From positions 22,166 to 54,165 of the forward strand of contig JAQVTI010000005.1 in assembly GCA_028700115.1 (NCBI GenBank): a DNA stretch of 32,000 nucleotides, read 5' to 3'. The notes below the pieces were generated by a model that was not told where the DNA came from, ran no database searches, and saw nothing but the letters and a program-made list of their open reading frames with translations. The DNA comes from Candidatus Iainarchaeum sp. GTDB taxonomy: Archaea > Iainarchaeota > Iainarchaeia > Iainarchaeales > CSSED10-239. Below are positions 7,401-16,700 of this stretch, in pieces; the stretch's first letter is position 1; every line of letters begins with the position of its first letter. A program made the translations under genes and the position numbers.

Positions 7401-9911
7401 GACATTAGGATTACAATTAAAAGTTATAAAATCATAAGAATCACTACTTGCTTTTCTTGAAAACAATAAATCCATTCCAGAACCAACTTTAAAAGACACA
7501 TCATCATCTAATAATTTACTTCCAAGATTAACTTTTTCATTAATTGATTTTTCTTCAAAAAACAAATTATATTGATCAGTATTTACAACTAATGTATTAT
7601 ATTTTATTTCAGGATCATAATTTACAGAAACATTTAAATCTAGTAATTTCTTATTAGCTTTATTTTCAAATATATTACGATCATAATTATAAATTATAGA
7701 ATTATTATTAAAATTTAAAGTAACATTATTAGAAATTGGATCTAATGATCTTACATAAAAATCTATATTTCCATTTGATACTTTATTAAAAACAGAAGTT
7801 TCAAAACTATCTGAAAATTCTTTTTCTGGAAAAGTATTTCTTTGGAAAATAGTATATTTTTTCAAAATAGCATCATGATAAACAACATAATTATCTGTAA
7901 AATAAAATCTAGATTCATCTCCACCTAATCCTTCAAATATATAATTATCAAAAACATAATTTCTAGAAACTTTCTTAAATTCACTCTCACCAATCTTCTT
8001 ATTAAAATTAATTGTAAAATTATGTTTTTCTAATACATTTTGAGAAACATAATATTTATTAAAAACATCATAATAATAAACTGTTTTTACTCCATTTGAA
8101 TTTTCAGAAATACAACTTAAAACAACATACTCATCAGAATCAATTTGTTCTTGAGGAGTAGCATTAGTTTTATCTACAAAAGGATCTTGTTTAATATTAC
8201 AAGGAATATTATTTTCTAAAACATGTTTTTTAGAAGATAAATCTAAAAAAGAAATTTCAAAATTTACAAAATTTTCATTAAACCCATTAAATTTAATTAC
8301 AAAATTATCATAATAAAATAAATAATATCTACTATAAATTTCATAATCATTTATTTCTTTTGAAAACTTCTTATAAAAATCAGAAACTTTAATAGTCCTT
8401 CCTTGAAGTCCAGCTTTATTTACTGATGGTTCTGGATAGTTAACTTTATTATAAGATTCAGATTCATCTACATTTATAAATTCACTAAAAAAGAAATTAT
8501 AAGTATGTGCATTTTTAACAAAATGATTCATATAAGTTTCTTTAGATTCAACAAATGAAAAATCACAAATATAAAGTCCAGTATGCTCATTATCTTCTAT
8601 ACATCTATCATATGTATCTAATTTTTCAAAATATCTAAATTTAGCATAATTTTCAATAGGAACTTCTCTCCAACCTTTTTCTTGAGAAATAAGCTCTCCT
8701 AAATCATTTATCCCTGCAAAATTATCTTCTTTATAAAAATCTAAATCTTCATGTGTTTCTAAATATTTTTCTTCAGTTTGGTCTTTAGGATAAACAACAG
8801 CTCCATCTTTTAAAATATTAATATGCAAAGATTCTAAAGAATTATATATATTATTTAAATTAAATTTCAAAGTTGATTCTTTTTCAAAAGTATAATCTGA
8901 TTTTATATAAGCAATTGCTCTATTTAAATATGCTCTAGGAATAAGATATCTTTTCTCAAGCATACTTTGTAAAGTTTCTTGAGAAAAATGTTTTCCTAAT
9001 TCATCTGGTGTTCTTTTAATTAATGCAATCTTATTTTCTAAAGGATATTTTTCATAATATTTAATAACTTCTTTTTCTTCTAAAGTCAAAGAATCATAAT
9101 TAAAATTATAATTTAGAACAAAAACAGGTAATTTTTCAAATATCTCATAAGATTTAACAGGTTTTGTTCTATCTTCTAAAAAGGTCTCTTTTTTAGAACT
9201 TTTTAAATAAGGATTAATTGAAGGATTATATCTTCCAGATTCATAATAATAATTTTTTTCTAATAAAGATGAAGAGTAAGGATCTAATATTCTTTTTGAA
9301 CTTATTTCATTTTCTTTTTCTTCAGAATAAATATTTGGATAATAAATATAATTAATTGGAGAAGAAGGAGTTAAATTTAAATTTATAAAATCAAAATCAG
9401 AAAAAACCTTTTCAATAACATCAGATGTCTCAAATTCTAATTTTAAATCTTTAACAAGTTCTAGTTCTTTTTTATAATTGTCATAATTATAATTTAGATT
9501 ATCAGAAGTATATTCAAAATCAGGATATTTAGAGTCTTGATTTCTACAAGAATCACAAGATGGACTTGTAAGTAAATATCTAAAAGTTAATTTCTCAACA
9601 TTATTATCTTCAGAATCTATTTGATGAGGAGAATAAAAGGTAATAGGTGAGAAAAAATAATTATCAAATCTATTAGTCATTTGAGTTTCATCTAAAAAAT
9701 ATTTTGTATTTCCTGAAAATTCACTTGCATCTTTTGGAAAATTTAGATTTGAAATATCACTAGAAAAACCAAATATATCTTTAAAAGTATCAACTAAACT
9801 AAACTCAGAAGACATAGATATATTTGTATCAATTGCAAACATTAACAGAAACAATCCTAAAATAAAAACAATTAATATTAAAATATTAAAAATATTCTTT
9901 TTAAATAACAT
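4401..9911 (-). CDS. Giant (1836 aa) secreted or anchored surface protein with a C-terminal-proximal gingipain-like (C25) cysteine peptidase domain
   Basis: A 5.5-kb ORF stays open in DNA of about 25% G+C. The N-terminus is a hydrophobic signal or anchor (MLFKKNIFNILILIVFILGLFLLMFAI). The first roughly 1230 residues are N/D/Y/F/S-rich with no motif I recognise. The C25-like motifs are listed in the next feature. The stop is TAA. Confidence 0.95.
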   Translation of the reverse strand: MLFKKNIFNILILIVFILGLFLLMFAIDTNISMSSEFSLVDTFKDIFGFSSDISNLNFPKDASEFSGNTKYFLDETQMTNRFDNYFFSPITFYSPHQIDSEDNNVEKLTFRYLLTSPSCDSCRNQDSKYPDFEYTSDNLNYNYDNYKKELELVKDLKLEFETSDVIEKVFSDFDFINLNLTPSSPINYIYYPNIYSEEKENEISSKRILDPYSSSLLEKNYYYESGRYNPSINPYLKSSKKETFLEDRTKPVKSYEIFEKLPVFVLNYNFNYDSLTLEEKEVIKYYEKYPLENKIALIKRTPDELGKHFSQETLQSMLEKRYLIPRAYLNRAIAYIKSDYTFEKESTLKFNLNNIYNSLESLHINILKDGAVVYPKDQTEEKYLETHEDLDFYKEDNFAGINDLGELISQEKGWREVPIENYAKFRYFEKLDTYDRCIEDNEHTGLYICDFSFVESKETYMNHFVKNAHTYNFFFSEFINVDESESYNKVNYPEPSVNKAGLQGRTIKVSDFYKKFSKEINDYEIYSRYYLFYYDNFVIKFNGFNENFVNFEISFLDLSSKKHVLENNIPCNIKQDPFVDKTNATPQEQIDSDEYVVLSCISENSNGVKTVYYYDVFNKYYVSQNVLEKHNFTINFNKKIGESEFKKVSRNYVFDNYIFEGLGGDESRFYFTDNYVVYHDAILKKYTIFQRNTFPEKEFSDSFETSVFNKVSNGNIDFYVRSLDPISNNVTLNFNNNSIIYNYDRNIFENKANKKLLDLNVSVNYDPEIKYNTLVVNTDQYNLFFEEKSINEKVNLGSKLLDDDVSFKVGSGMDLLFSRKASSDSYDFITFNCNPNVYNYCDKLNNFYNVYNYFDFDLQNGYDFKNLFIGGDIYLETPFVSLFDYNSSSSVIDYKNIVDVNLGAALNKDDQIVFDIKNKIWYNDFLISQNNNLPISENKKIEASNENVVNFIFGKPYMCFKVPFTGLYVDRFGAFMKTYGCTYDGLEVGFPIRESYGKTEYFDDYYYDFDKDDWTEIRKLIFKDSGEINFSAIPNENKSGDISYNYANNMYNFKIDGLDNLNYVFNYNYLTPEDFNDYILNHAKLIEGSFIDENVNYLTSNDFNFITISDIYFEDLDLTSLNDVEKYNFKRKMTDLSVLNDLKKYNKEIHFNVNIHNLDNSYSRDGLNVTAYVDSVEKRGDSYYAILKENVYSFKDKERTYYFNFEEVKLPKLDLDYNIVDNFENSYADIDYSKAIKEIKTNVKLEHITEAFDYLLLLGDYDAIPVKTDVLFGNLASDVHMEIYNNFKSLTDFPFVLDNLYYGNVDDDKDVELNVGRLTFEEINDYLKYYYKNLDFDYGRYKDKNELLKKYTHILYPDSESYIINVDRFINKLHSIGFDFKLDLGDYKLNNVHTFNTEIFDEIPLFKNSIAESENFLEKSYYPFKVSPSKDELVSDFYNMDQIYFISHGGPNLFAITDSFGVTKDLFTIDYIDSYLENRPVIFAQSCLTGVYLGREFLDRGASNYLASYNSLHINYDMFPINIYNNKLSNLLRLTQNAYINSEENKQNGLESIFLLGDPSISFRPLNSNINQSNLISVSKDNILEYGLYAYYSDDEGFYVFLDPLEKNNLLSKKIFRSSVDISDLKIMYFPKIGTIFTRNLLNKDGEQTNINYIYFENDRGKDVILNYSYNFSKIKFTSSYPYNKIYPYKEPENNNYRNFWLYEDILNQIRLNPNLEDNKNYSFILEKHYWIDKYPLSNYIRNRADQWKKYSIYFDEVSGYVLYNENDGPFNIFGVYNPQKNLIFIPTLYINNKFIKKLEYEKVNDRFFIINFDYSDFIDLIDKNIFTYGYEIRIK
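5232..6224 (-). other. Peptidase C25 (gingipain-like, clan CD) domain, residues ~1230-1560 of the 1836-aa protein
   Basis: Family-typical motifs occur in the expected order. They are YLLLLGDYDAIPV (Y1254), DNLYYGNVDDDKDVELNVGRLTFEE (GRL at 1316-1318), YFISHGGPN (His1448, nt 5568-5570), VIFAQSCLTG (Cys1487, nt 5451-5453), RGASNYLASY and FLLGDPS (1555-1561). The His-then-Cys order and the 39-residue spacing fit the clan CD caspase-like fold. Confidence 0.65.
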
Positions 9912-9998
9912 AATAAATCTACCTTAAATATATATTAGTAGATTTATTTATAAATATAATTAATTCTTTTAAAAAAATAAAAATATAGTAAAAAAAAA

Positions 9999-10349
9999 TT
10001 ATTTTTTTCTTGAAAGAGTAGAAGTTCCCCATATAAATGTAGATATTAATCCAAATCCTAAAAACAAATATAACATAGTAATACTTGCTGTAAGATAAAG
10101 ATATTTATAAACTAAAAAATAAGCTAAAACACCTGTCAAAATATATGCTAAAATTCCTTTACCAATTGAATTTACAATAGTTTCATATATAAAAAATACA
10201 ATAATACCCATCATTAAATACTTTACTACTGGAAAAGCAACCATTGCTCCAGGAATAATTAAAACTCCAATTATAATTACAATTATAATTTTGAAAATCA
10301 TAGGAATTGGACCTAAAAAAGATAACATTTTTCCTTTTTCAGAAAACAT
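9999..10349 (-). CDS. Small polytopic membrane protein (116 aa, about 4 hydrophobic spans)
   Basis: The product is almost entirely hydrophobic segments: IFKIIIVIIIGVLIIPGAMVAF, MMGIIVFFIYETIV, ILAYILTGVLAYFLVY and MLYLFLGFGLISTFIWG. Its ATG lies 1 nt after the upstream gene's TAA, and a strong AGGAGGG sits 7 nt upstream. I found no recognisable family. Confidence 0.75.
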   Translation of the reverse strand: MFSEKGKMLSFLGPIPMIFKIIIVIIIGVLIIPGAMVAFPVVKYLMMGIIVFFIYETIVNSIGKGILAYILTGVLAYFLVYKYLYLTASITMLYLFLGFGLISTFIWGTSTLSRKK

Positions 10350-10350
10350 T

Positions 10351-10722
10351 TTAAGGCCCTCCTGGTCTTTTTATCATATTTGATACTTTTCTTTGTCTCA
10401 TAGAATTTTCTAAACCTCCAGGAGACCCAGGAGTATTACTTTTTTTATTAAGCATCTCTTCTGGAGAACCACCAGCACTAACAAAAAAGAAGTCAATAAA
10501 TATTCCTGCAATTCCAATTGTTAAGAGAACATAAAAAATATACCCAACTCTAAAAATTGGCCAAAAAAAGAACAAAGTTACAAAAAGAGTAATAATTATA
10601 AAAAATATAGACATTTTTTTATTTTCAACCTTTCTTTTAAAAAAAGAAACAATTGCAAGGATAAAAAAAATTTTGATAATTAAATCCATATCTCCTAAAA
10701 ACCCTAAAAACAATAAATCCAT
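10351..10722 (-). CDS. Small membrane protein (123 aa, about 3 hydrophobic spans, G/P/S/K/R-rich tail)
   Basis: Hydrophobic segments are IIKIFFILAIVSFF, MSIFFIIITLFVTLFFFWPIF and GYIFYVLLTIGIAGIFIDFFFV. They are followed by the hydrophilic tail SAGGSPEEMLNKKSNTPGSPGGLENSMRQRKVSNMIKRPGGP. An alternative start exists at 10689. The gene is tightly coupled to the 116-aa gene. Confidence 0.7.
   Translation of the reverse strand: MDLLFLGFLGDMDLIIKIFFILAIVSFFKRKVENKKMSIFFIIITLFVTLFFFWPIFRVGYIFYVLLTIGIAGIFIDFFFVSAGGSPEEMLNKKSNTPGSPGGLENSMRQRKVSNMIKRPGGP
10357..10363 (-). promoter_or_regulatory. Shine-Dalgarno site (AGGAGGG) for the 116-aa gene, embedded in the end of the 123-aa gene
   Basis: The minus strand reads AGGAGGG CCTTAAA ATG. 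This is the strongest match in the window to the anti-SD complement AGGAGGTGATC. The upstream stop TAA (10351-10353) lies between the SD and the ATG, which is the classic layout for translational coupling. Confidence 0.7.
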
Positions 10723-10773
10723 AAACTTTCTCTTTTTTTCTTTTTTTAATTAATTAACTTGTAAAACAAAAGA

Positions 10774-10781
10774 TATTTAAA
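10774..10781 (-). promoter_or_regulatory. TATA-box-like element (TTTAAATA) upstream of the small-membrane-protein pair
   Basis: The minus strand reads cTTTAAATAtc about 51 nt upstream of the 10722 ATG, in the 76-nt gap after the 2155-aa gene. It matches the archaeal TATA consensus TTTAWATA. Such strings are frequent in DNA this AT-rich, so support is weak. Confidence 0.25.
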
Positions 10782-10798
10782 GAATAACTTTAAAAAAA

Positions 10799-13700
10799 TT
10801 ATTCCCCAGACATCCCCCCACCTGTTTGATTATATGAACAATCTTCTACTTGTTCTAGACTGTTTCTAATAACATTTAATTCTTCTTCACTAAAATCAAC
10901 TAAATCATTATATCTAATTGAAGTATTAAAAACTGAATTTGAAATACAAATTTCATCAGAATTTCCAATAGATTGAATCAATCCTTCTAATGTAAAGTCT
11001 TCTAAACCAAAATTTACTTTAGAGTTTAATATAAATTCTCTAGATCCTTCTTCTAGATTATCTAGACTATAAAAATATGTATTTGTATCATTTCCTAAAG
11101 AATCTAAAGATAAATTATATTGATTAATTTGAGAAGATGCAGGAACATACATTATGGTTTTTGCAGAAACATTTTCTAAATCTTCTAAACTATAATTTGA
11201 AAAGTCAATAGAATGGAATTGATAAGTCCCACTAGTTGCACTAATTGCAATATCTTTAATCTTCATATCATTATTTTCTTCTAAAATCCATTCTAAAAAG
11301 TTAGTGTTTTCTAAAACTCTAATTAAATTATTACTTTCATTTTCTTTTAAAACATAATTCAAATTATTTTCTAAATTACATTTAGAATCAACATAAACAG
11401 GAACAGGAATTGAAGGCATATAATCTAAGTCTATATATATTTGATCTTGACTATAAGTTTCATTTAAATTTAAAATATTTCCTTCAGATTTTAAAATTGT
11501 TTCAAAATAACTTGATTCAATTCCATTTTCTCTATTATAAATATTTAAAACTACAGGATTATGATTATATGTTTCTACAGGAATAAGAGATATAGAAAAG
11601 TCTTTTGTAACTGGGATATATTCTAAATTATCTGAATTAATATAATTAATTTCAGAACCATAACCTTCTCTAGTATTATCTCCGTTTGGATTAACACTAC
11701 TATCATAAATTCCAATCATTCCATCAATTGGTAGATGGTAATAAACATTATCCTTATATGAAGGAACATCTTGTATTTTTTCTAAATCAATAATAAATGT
11801 TTCTTCAAAATCACCAGTAACTTTAACTTTATACAAACCTACTTCTATAGAATTTTTATTTATTGCAAACTTTCCTTGTTCAATTGCTTCTTTTGAAAAG
11901 AAAGCTTTATTTGTAAATGAATTTGGAAGATATATATTTTCATAATTAACAATATCTTTTAATAAATCTAAAGAAGCTCCATCTCTTAAAAGATAAATAT
12001 AAAACTCAGATCCTGAAGATAAACTTTCATCAAATGTTTTTGAAAGAATATTATAAACTGCTTGAACAGAATCACAATAATATAAAGAAGAATCATCATA
12101 TTCAGAAACATCAGATGTACATAAATTACTCCAAGATAAATTACTACTAGAAAGATCACTCCAGTTATAAATTACTTTTGGTTTATATTCTTCTCCTGAA
12201 TTACAGCCTGTAAGATCATCATCTAAACAATTACCAATAACAAATAAATTTCCATTTTTAGTATAACTTCCAGAACCAATACAAAAATTACCAGTAATTC
12301 CTGTTTCTAGATCAAAAGGTTCTTGTTGTATATTATAATAAACATTAATAGAACTATTCTTTTCTAAACTATACATAGAATTTTCTACAAATGTAAATTT
12401 ATTAGTAAAATCTAAGCTTTCATTATAAATTCCATAACTAGAAATTTCTTCAAAATTCCCAGAAATTATAAGTTCAATAGCATCAGAAGATTCTAAATTA
12501 ATAGATATAAATTCTAATATTAAATCATTATCTGAATTTATTTCAGAATAAAGCACATCATCAAAATCAAAATTATAACTTTGTGTATTATTTACAAATC
12601 CATAATATCTAGATGTAGAACAATCATTTAAAGAATTACAAATAATATCTCTAGTAATTCCTTGTTGATTAATTTCAATTGCATCATCTTTGTTTAAAAT
12701 AAAAATATTAATTTCTTTTGAAATTGTAATTATTTCTCCAGAAACATTCAAATCAAAATCTAAATTTAAAACACCATTTGTTGTTTGATTATCTAAAGTT
12801 TGAATTGGTAAGACAAAACTTAAATCTAGAATAGAACTTCCAACCAAACTATTTAAACTATTATTTAATAAATCTAAATCAATTGAAGCATCTGAACTTA
12901 CATTAATTCCTTCTAAAATAATATCTTGAGAAGAATTTTCTAAATTAAAAGTATATTCTAAATCTAAACTATCATAAACTAAACTAATTAACTCTACATT
13001 TTCACTATTATCTTCAGAGTCAATAAAATAACCTTGTTTTCCTATATTACTATTTAAAAAATTTATTTTTCCAAAATAATTTAAATTAGTAAATGATTGT
13101 AAATCTAAATCTAAAAGAACACTTGAACTATTATGACTTAAAATGATGTTATGTCTATATACAGAATCAAGATATTGACTTTGTGTAACATTATCTAAAT
13201 CTAAATAAACTGGAGCATTTACTCTCAAAGACGAAGAAAGCTCTTTATTTTCATAAGCTTCAAGTTCTAAATTTATTTGTTCAGCATCAAAATTATTTGA
13301 AAAACTATTAAAAATTATTGAATTTATGTTTGCCATAACTTCAGAATATTTATTAATAAAATAATCTTTAGGAGAATCAATTGAATAAATATATTCATCT
13401 TCAACCTCAATTACTTCTGCATTAAACTCTAATAAATCAGAATCAATTATGATTCCAGAAGATATATCTTTTGTAACTTCAATTTCATTATTTTCTATTC
13501 CATAACTTGAATCAAAAACAAAAACAAAAGTTAAAGTTCCATTTGTTAAATCAGATAAAGATAGATTTAAATCAATATCTTCAAGTAAACCTAAACTATT
13601 TGTAGTTCCAATTACAGGATAGGTTTCATTTCCAATTTTGTAATATATTTCAACTTCAGAAACTGGTTCTGAAAAATTATCATAAACACTAAATGAAGCA

Positions 13701-16700
13701 ATATTTTCTCCAACATAAAAATTATTACTACCATTTGCATCTTCTGTAGTAATATCAATTATCATGTCTGCAGAATCAGTGTATGCTCTAATTGGTAAGT
13801 TAATATCTACTAAATCTAAAACATTTGTCTTAACATATGAATTATCTAAAAAGTCCAAAAACCCATTTGCTCTAATTAAAGATTCATTTGTAAAATAATA
13901 ACTAAAATATGCAGAAATATCTGAAATAGTATATTCTAAATCATTTACTATAACTTCATTTTCACTACCAATTGAAATATCTTCTTTTTGATTAAAAGAA
14001 TATTTCAAAAATTCTAAATTATCAGATGTATATTCAGAATTATAATATATATCTTCTAAAACACTTTGGTCTTTTAGATATACAAAATCTAAAACATAAT
14101 TATAATTATTATCAATAAATAAATTATAAAAATCTCCATTTTTATAAATTGGAAATCCTGTTTCTGTTTCTAAAGAAACATTATAAATATAACTATCAGA
14201 ATCAAAAGGTATGTACTCATTATAAAATGGGGAATAAAAATAACCTTCAGGAACAATTGTCCAATTCTCATAATTTTCTAAAATAGGATCAAAGTCAAAA
14301 TCATTTCCTTTATCTAAAAGTGCTTTATATGAAAAAGTATAGTCATCAATATCTGTAATAACATCACTAAACAAAATATCAACAGAAAACTCTAACTCAT
14401 CTACATCTAAAAATGAAAAGTCAATAATTGCAAACTTAGAAAATTCATTTTGTGAAGTATAAGCTAAGTCTGGTTCATAATGCTCTAAAAAATAATCACT
14501 ATTCCAATCTTCTAATTCACCAGAATAAGCATACCCATATGTAAAATCTAAATCATAAGTTGAACTTAAATCAGAAATATAAATAAAATCATTATCTATT
14601 AATTGAGAATTTCCAGTCTTAATCATAACAGAAGAATCGTGATCTTGAGAATAACAAGATAGATATCTAAACTTAAGTTTATATGTATCATCTAATGTAA
14701 AATTATCAAAATCTATTGCATCAATTTCAACTTGACCAGATTCATCAAACAAACCAACAAACTGCAAAGATATATCTTCACATGAACCAAGAGGTGTTAA
14801 ATTAATTGATTTGTAAATAGTTTGTCCAATATACAATGTAATATAGTCTGTTTGATAAGAAGAATAACCTTCTGATTTAATCTTTGCATAAACAACATTA
14901 TCTTCTCCATAGAAAATATAATTTGTATTTGAATCATCTATTTGTTCAGTCACATAGTTTGTAACTAAAGTATGTGATGAGTTATAAAAATTTATATCAT
15001 AATCATTAACATTAACTTCTAAGTTTAAAACACTAGGACTATTACCCATAGTTATAAAAAACTCTAAAAATTCATTTGCATCTAATGTTTTAACAACAGA
15101 TTCTCCAGAAAGTTCTTCAAATGAATTAATTGCATAAGCATAATAGTCTTTATTTGCTCTTTGATTATAAAAATTAACATCCCCATCATTATTTGTAATT
15201 TCAGGTTCTGCATTAACTAAAATATATTCATCTTCAAACTCTCTAAATAAATATACTTTTGAATTACTTAAAGAATATCCTTGTTCATTCTTTACAGAAA
15301 CTCCAATATCTCCAGAATTAAGTTCAGAAGAATATCCTAAATATAAATCAACATTTTGATCAATTCCAGAAACATTATATGGATCAGGAGAAATATACCC
15401 TTCATCTTCAGTATCTGAAACAATTATTCTATAATCATATAAATCTACAATATCAAAATGTGCACTTGATGAATCAGAAACACTAATTCCAGAGTCCTCA
15501 TAAGAAACATTTTCATCTTTTGGTTTATAATATAAAGAAATATCTCCAAATACTTCTTGAGAAGTATTATTTACATCCCATAAATTTACATTTAAATAAC
15601 CTATATTTCCAATAACACATTCTCCATTTGGAAGATGTGAAATATATAGTTGCAAATAAACATTATCACAATCAATTTCTCCATTTACACAAAACATAGA
15701 ATATTTATCTAATGAACAATCTATGTTTGCAAGATCTTGAGCAGTAAACAAAACAAAATCCACACTTGTGCTTTGATTTAGTAAAACATTAAAAGGTCCT
15801 TTTTTAGGTGTAAACAAATAACCTTGTTTATCCACAGAAACTAAATAATCTCCAGGAGAAACATCAAATGAATAACTACCATAAATATCAGAATTACCTT
15901 TTTGTAAAACCATTAAAGATTCATCCACTGGAGTTGATGATATATCTTTATTATAAATTTTAATAACAGCATCACTTATCTTAATATTATCTAAATTTGT
16001 AACATTAACATTAATCTTACCAGTATCATTATTAATTCTTGTTAAAACAACTTTATTATTCTCAGGAACTAATTTATTATTAATAGATTTATAATTTGAA
16101 GAAGTCACACTAACTCTTAAATCTCCACAACCAGAAACTTGTTTTACTTGTAAATATCCTGAAGATATAATTTTAGATTTAGGAATTGGAGTTTTTGATG
16201 AATTTGAACAATAAAATGAAACATTTAAAGTATCTGTAATTACAACATCATTATTTTCAACAAAAGAAATATTTCTTATTTTTTCTTCAGACTGAGAAGA
16301 TAAAAGCATTAATTCAGTATCAATATCTAGAACAACTTGTTCTCTAATTTCTTTTTTATTAAGTTCTAAATCAACCTCTTTTGTATAATAATATTCTTTT
16401 GAAACAATAAGTTTAGCAATTCCTTTTGCCTTAAACTCACTAAACATAGTTTCTCCAAAAACATCTGTTTGAGAAACACTTATGTTTTCATCATTAATCT
16501 GTAAAACTACACTTGCTCCATTTAACATAGCGCCTGTAGTATCACTTACTTCAACTGTTAAAACATAACTTTTTGAAAAGCTAAACACACCAAATATTAA
16601 TAAAAATATAAAAACTAAAATAAGTAAAAAGACAATAAATGAAGGAATAACTTTATCTATTTTGTCTGTAACATTATTTAATCTAATATTCTTTTTTTCT

